From Octopus vulgaris (taxonomy: Eukaryota): a stretch of DNA of 64,000 nt. Below the pieces are notes generated by a model. It made no database searches, was not told the DNA's origin, and saw nothing but the letters and a program-made list of their open reading frames with translations. The translations under genes and the position numbers were made by a program. Below are positions 58,530 to 64,000 of this stretch, in pieces. Numbering within the stretch: position 1 is the first letter of the stretch; every line of letters starts with the position of its first letter. The stretch covers positions 112,840,001 to 112,904,000 of the forward strand of contig OX597815.1 in the NCBI GenBank assembly GCA_951406725.2, read 5' to 3'.

Positions 58530-58918
58530 CTCTTGGCACAAGGCCTGAAATTTTGGACGAGTTGGGCAGTCGATTAGATCGACCCAGGACGCAACTGGTT
58601 CTTAATTTATTGGCTCCGAAAGGATGAAAGGTAAAGTCGACATCGGCGGAATTTGAACTCAGAACGTAAAGACAGACGAAATACCTATTTCTTTACTACC
58701 CACAAGGGGCTAAACACAGAGAGGACAAACAAGGACAAACAAACGGATTAAGTCGATTATATTAACCCCAGTGCGTAGCTGGTACTTATTTAATCCACCC
58801 CGAAAGGATGAAAGGCAAAGTCGACCCCAGCGGAATTTGAACTCAGAACATAACGGCAGACGAAATACCGCTAAGCATCTCGCCCGATGTGCTAACGTTT
58901 CTGCCAGCTCGCCGCCTT
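58530..58918 (-). mobile_element. SINE family D as two tandem 184-bp units
   Basis: GAAAGG at 58626 and 58810, with the same junction as 10660-11229. Confidence 0.85.
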
Positions 58919-58962
58919 AACGTAAAAAAAAAAATATTTTTATTATTCTGTTCATTGAGACA

Positions 58963-59200
58963 ACGAGCTGGTAGAGTTCTTAGAGCGCTAAAAAAATTCC
59001 TTGTCACATTTGATCTGACTCTTAACGTCCTGAGTTCACAACTTGCCGTGGTCGACTTGGCCTTTCATCCATTCGGAGTCGATAAAATAAGTAATAGCCA
59101 AGTACTAGCATCGGTATAAGCGACTTAATATCTCATCCAATTGTTGGCCTTGTACCTTCATCCAAGTTTGCTGGCCTTGTGCCAAAATTTGAAACCATTA
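58963..59200 (+). mobile_element. SINE family D, degraded, head-to-head with the previous copy
   Basis: CGAGCTGGTAGAG...GAGTTCAC...GTCGACTTGGCCTTTCATCC...GTCGATAAAATAAGTA. Confidence 0.72.
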
Positions 59201-60019
59201 TCAACTGTGGGGGGCAAAATTCCTTGCTATTTTTCGTTATAATTCACTAGGATTCGACTTTATCTTTCAAGCTGCAATGGTAAGTATGTACTAAGTATTG
59301 GGATAGAGTTAAATTATTACACACTTTCCTCAAAAATGTGTGATCTGCAGTTGTAGAAGCCATGAATATTTTACTTGTCGTTGGTACTTTTGAGTTTTGG
59401 CTCTGCTCGAATAGAAATGAGCTATAATCAAAATTTTTCCAAACATGACCATCTCGTTTTATTCTTAGATATAGTATGTCAATGACAGCATAATTTAGTG
59501 TGTTCTGTCATATTTTAGAGGATAGGATGCACTTTGTAGAAGATTTGATTGCTATTTCTAGCAGGTTGAGCAGCCACTTACAGGGTTCTTCCATTGGTTC
59601 ATCTCATGATGAGACAGAAATGGTATCAATCATTAGACAACATACATTGTAATATTTATTCCGACTCTTTGCATTCAAATGCAAATGCCGCCGCGGTCAA
59701 CATTGTTTTCTATGCACCCAAGTTCGACAAAATAAATCAAGTACCAGTCAAGTACTGGTCGGTTTAACCGACATAGTCCCTTTCACCAAATGTCTGGCCT
59801 TGTTCCTACATTATAAGTCATTCAGTATAATGCAGGACCAGGTTGTAAGTTCACAACCAATATGAATTGTACTTTACTTTTCATCCTTCTGAGGTCAATA
59901 AAATAATTGCTTTTACATAGTACTATGTTCCATATAATTTAATGTTCCCTCCTCAACACTCACCAGCGTAATTACTCGGGGAGTACGAAAAGCCAGTTAA
60001 ATCGCCACACAATTTTGGG

Positions 60020-60206
60020 TTTAAATTTGGCAAATTTGGGGGAAGGGATAAGTCGATTATATCGACCCCAGTATTTAACTAGTATTTATTTCATCGAACC
60101 CGAAAGGTTGAAAGGCAAAGTAGACCTCGGCGGAATTTTTACTCAGAACTCAAAGGCGCTTGGCATTTTGCTCGACGTGCTAACAATTCTGCCAGCTCGC
60201 TGCCTT
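60020..60206 (-). mobile_element. SINE family D copy
   Basis: ATCGACCCCAGT...GAAAGGCAAAGTAGACCTCGGCGG...TTCTGCCAGCTCG. Confidence 0.78.
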
Positions 60207-60827
60207 CATCAACAACCCAATATTACCATGTTTGTCGCTTTATGCCAATTTTCATGGAACTACTATTAAATTTATTGCAAGTCAGTTGGATTGTTGAAAA
60301 GTTGACGTCTCTCCCCGTAGTTAAGAATGCAAACTCTACAAAAGTCGATAAGTTCCAATAGTAATCAGCTGTCCTTCTGTTACAAATTTGTAGGACCTGA
60401 GCCAAAGTGAGAAAAAACAAATATAATCGTATTTCCGTTTAATATCGTTTGAGGAAATTTATCAGCGCGAGTGTGCATGTGTGTAAATGCGTGTACGCCA
60501 ATGTCTATGTGTGAATGTGTTATGTGCGTGAGCATACGCTCGTGTGTGCGAGTATTTGTGATTTTGCATCATTGTGTGCAAACTGATGTGTCATTGCAAC
60601 TCCAGTCAAACGCACGATTCGCTCTGGACGCAATTGCCAAGATAATGCAATAACCTTGGAAAAAGAATAAACACACACACACACACATACAGATGTTTAT
60701 ACATATAGATATATACGTATATGTATATATATATACACTCATATATATATGTATATGTACACATACACACGCATATATATATATATATCACATATTTATA
60801 TATACACTCATATATATATGTATATGT

Positions 60828-60873
<46 letters not shown>

Positions 60874-60921
60874 CACATATTTATGTATGTATGCATGTCT
60901 ATATATATATATATAATTCTC

Positions 60922-60960
<39 letters not shown>

Positions 60961-61131
60961 AATAAAATTCTCGTGTATATACACAAATACAAACTCCTCC
61001 TATATTTGTTTTAAATTGTGCACACTTAATTCAATGATAGCATAATTACGTTTCTAAAATCACTCTCTGCGTATAATTACATATGGATATACGTATCTAC
61101 AAGTGTATAGATTATTATATATTCGTACGTG

Positions 61132-61330
61132 AGGCAGAATCATTGGCGCGTCTGAGAAAATGCTTAAAGACTTTTCTTCCGGCTCTTTACATTTTCAGTT
61201 CAAATTCTGTTGAAGTCGATTTTCATCCTTTCGGTGTTGGTTGAATAAGTACCAGTTGAGCACTGGAGGTCGATGTAATGAAGTATTTCACTTCTAAGGT
61301 TTCTGGCTTTGAGGCAATTCTTGAAATTAA
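61132..61330 (+). mobile_element. SINE family D copy, degraded
   Basis: GGCAGAATCATTGGC...AGTTCAAATTC...TTTCATCCTTTCGG...ATAAGTACCAGTTGAGCACTGG. Confidence 0.7.
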
Positions 61331-62101
61331 TTTTAGTTCATACTAATTGTGATTAAAGGACTGCATGTCACACGTGAATAATCTTCCATCTAGTCCCTTA
61401 TCTTTACGTTTTTAGGCTCATACATGAAAGCAAAGGAACAAACAACGTTGATCAAGCAAGGATATATCCCATTGGTCTGTCTAACTTACCTAACTCTAAT
61501 GATCAACACTAAATGGACCTTTGTTGCTTTGCGTAAGCATGAGTGAAGCATAGTATACTTCAGCAGACTTCGGAATGCATGAAAGTCTGGGCTGTCTGCA
61601 TTTAATGAAACCATATCCCACAATTCTTTTGCAGCACCAGAGTTTATGTTGACGTTTGAGATACTAGATTGAATAATTGAAGAGATCTTAGAAAGATACT
61701 TTCAACTACTGATAACTTGCACATCAACAGTAACTTTGACTGGATCTCTGTTAAATGGAATGACAAGGGCTAGAAATAAGGTCAGAGCAGATTGTTTCTT
61801 TATTGCAGCATCAAATTAAATTTTGAAATCATCTAATGAAATGTAAAGAGGAAAATGAGTACACATCGAGTGAACAAAACAGCGAAAATAGCGATATTAG
61901 ATGATGAACTATCCAACAGGTACTCCAAGCATCCATCTGTTCCAAGGGTAGACAAAACCTTAGAGGCGAAATACTCACCATAACAGCATAGAGTTATGCA
62001 TAAGTACATATCCGATGAGATAGAGAAAACCAACATTTAATAGAAATAGTAGTTTCTCTTGGACTTAACAGATACATCACAGCTTATTAAATCCCACGGA
62101 A

Positions 62102-62153
62102 ATACCTCTCTCCATGCATACCTCTCTCCATGCATACCTCTCTCCATGCATAC
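62102..62153. repeat. 16-bp tandem repeat x3 (ATACCTCTCTCCATGC)
   Basis: Directly visible. Confidence 0.9.
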
Positions 62154-62229
62154 ATATATGCATGTATGCATAGAACTTCATAAATAGATCCATACGAGTG
62201 GGTCTACGTAGTTGTTCAACTACTGCTCC

Positions 62230-62268
<39 letters not shown>

Positions 62269-62989
62269 GTGTGTGTGTGTATGCGTGCATGTGTGCCTCT
62301 GTGTGTGTGTGTGTGTGTGTGTGCATGCCTATGTGCCTGTATGTGTATGAGTGTAATAAAGGAGAATAAAACTCCAAATACAAAAATAGAATATTAAAAC
62401 AAGTTAGTAATATGACCCATTAATCATAAACATACGTTTTTACTATCTAGTGTCAGAGAATAGCCACTAAATATGTGATCAACAAGAGAGATAAATATCT
62501 TTCTAAACCCATACGTTGTCATAGAAAATGCCATTTGCACTATAACAGTATAGAATATATCACTATACCAGCAACAGCAACTGAAAATGTCCATAGGTAC
62601 TATCTTCCCATGTGACTAAACGCCATAACAAAGGCACACCAGAACCAAAATATATCCACAAATTTTTAATAATGAAGGAATATTGGTGAAACATTCGAAG
62701 AAAAACAAAAAAATAACGAATTATGCTGGGATGTGGAATCATGTCCTCTTCTCATATAGCAAGCTTCTAAAATCATTCATATAAATCAAGGATGATGGCA
62801 AGCGGGGACGGAACGATTGTTGTACAGTATGGAGTGAAACAGAGAGAAAATATCAACTGGTGTGTATTTTATCGCATCTGGTGGAAAGAAAGACGAAATC
62901 AGTCTCGCATGATTCGATTTCAGAACCTTGTGGTAAGAAACTAAATACTATTTTGATGTGCCCAATAAAGAAGGTGATAATGATAATGG

Positions 62990-63560
62990 TCCCTAATTTA
63001 GACACAAGGACGGAAATTTTTCAGGGGTTGAAGTTTATAAATATCATCGACCCATGTCTTTCAATGACACTTTATTGTTTATGGCTTATAGTTCCAGAAA
63101 GAGTAAAATGCAAAATTGATAACGGTGAGTTCTGAAATCAGAGTGTTAAGAACCGGAAGAAATGCCACAAGTTTTCAAACACTTTCTGAATTCTGCCATT
63201 CTTTCGCCCTTTATAATTGTCTCAAATTCAGGCACATGGCCAGCAATTTCGGGAGAGGGGTTTAATTGATTACACTGACCCCAGTGCTCATCTGGTATTT
63301 ATTTTATCGACCCCGAAAGGAAGAATGGCAGAGTGGTCTTGGGCGGAATTCGAACTCAGAACGTAAAGACGGACAAAATTCCGCGAAACAATTCTGTCGA
63401 GCGTGCCACCGCTATTGATAATCGTTTCTGATATAGGCTCAGTGCCTGAAATTTAGGGGAAGGGTTTATAAATATCGATGATCACAGTAATTAACTGGTG
63501 TTCCATCGATTGACTCTCAAACGATGAAAGACAAATCGACCTCGGGATTCGATCTTAGAA
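62990..63560 (-). mobile_element. Three consecutive degraded SINE family D copies
   Basis: Repeated ATCGACCC...GAAAG...GAACTCAGA-like blocks at about 63045, 63305 and 63510. Confidence 0.68.
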
Positions 63561-64000
63561 CATAGTGGTATGAAACTTAAATACAATAGGTACATTAAGT
63601 AATGATAATACATGAGATACGCTTGTATATCTTTTACTTCATTGTTAGAGAATGCATGATCACCACAGGGAAGTATAATATCATAGTTCATGCCTAGGAA
63701 AAATAATTATTATCAAAAATGGTTGTTTTTATTGTATTTTTGAAACCATTACTTTCAAATTCTTTAGCTGATAATTTCTTTTGGCGAGTTATATCATTTT
63801 TTAAACATTTTAATGAAAACAAAACATATAATTATAAAAATAAAAGAAACTATTGCAAAATTACTGCATGCAGTATTTTCCCGTCAAAACGTTGATATCT
63901 TGCCCTCAGTGATGAAAACAAAGTATAGATTAATTAAACACTACGAAACAAAATGAAAATCAGAGAAAAAGTTGAAAGTTTTATAATTAAAAGGAAATTT

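Noticed and set aside
61400-62100. Unique-looking sequence that might be coding
   Set aside because: No sustained ORF, splice pattern or recognisable motif.

Overview
This is repeat-saturated, AT-rich eukaryotic DNA. The SINE/LINE families and dense (TA)n/(TG)n/(TATG)n/(GATA)n tracts resemble an octopus (cephalopod) genome, which is an inference. I found no convincing host protein-coding gene; nearly all ORFs in the track are microsatellite translations. The window holds a full-length but decayed Tc1, several mariner relics and MITEs, a near full-length CR1-like LINE (Myb/SANT-like ORF1, YADD deleted) with two older copies, two RTE 3' fragments, two Penelope-like (GIY-YIG) fragments, two non-autonomous Helitrons, a hAT-type MITE and many tRNA-derived SINEs. 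The most notable signal is about ten type I hammerhead-ribozyme motifs. They sit in short non-coding elements that are mostly embedded in (TA)n tracts and often have tandem and/or inverted-repeat architecture. Helix III differs in sequence between them but is nearly always palindromic, which fits a diverse family of Penelope-derived, retrozyme-like elements. All coordinates were read by eye and may be off by a few bases.
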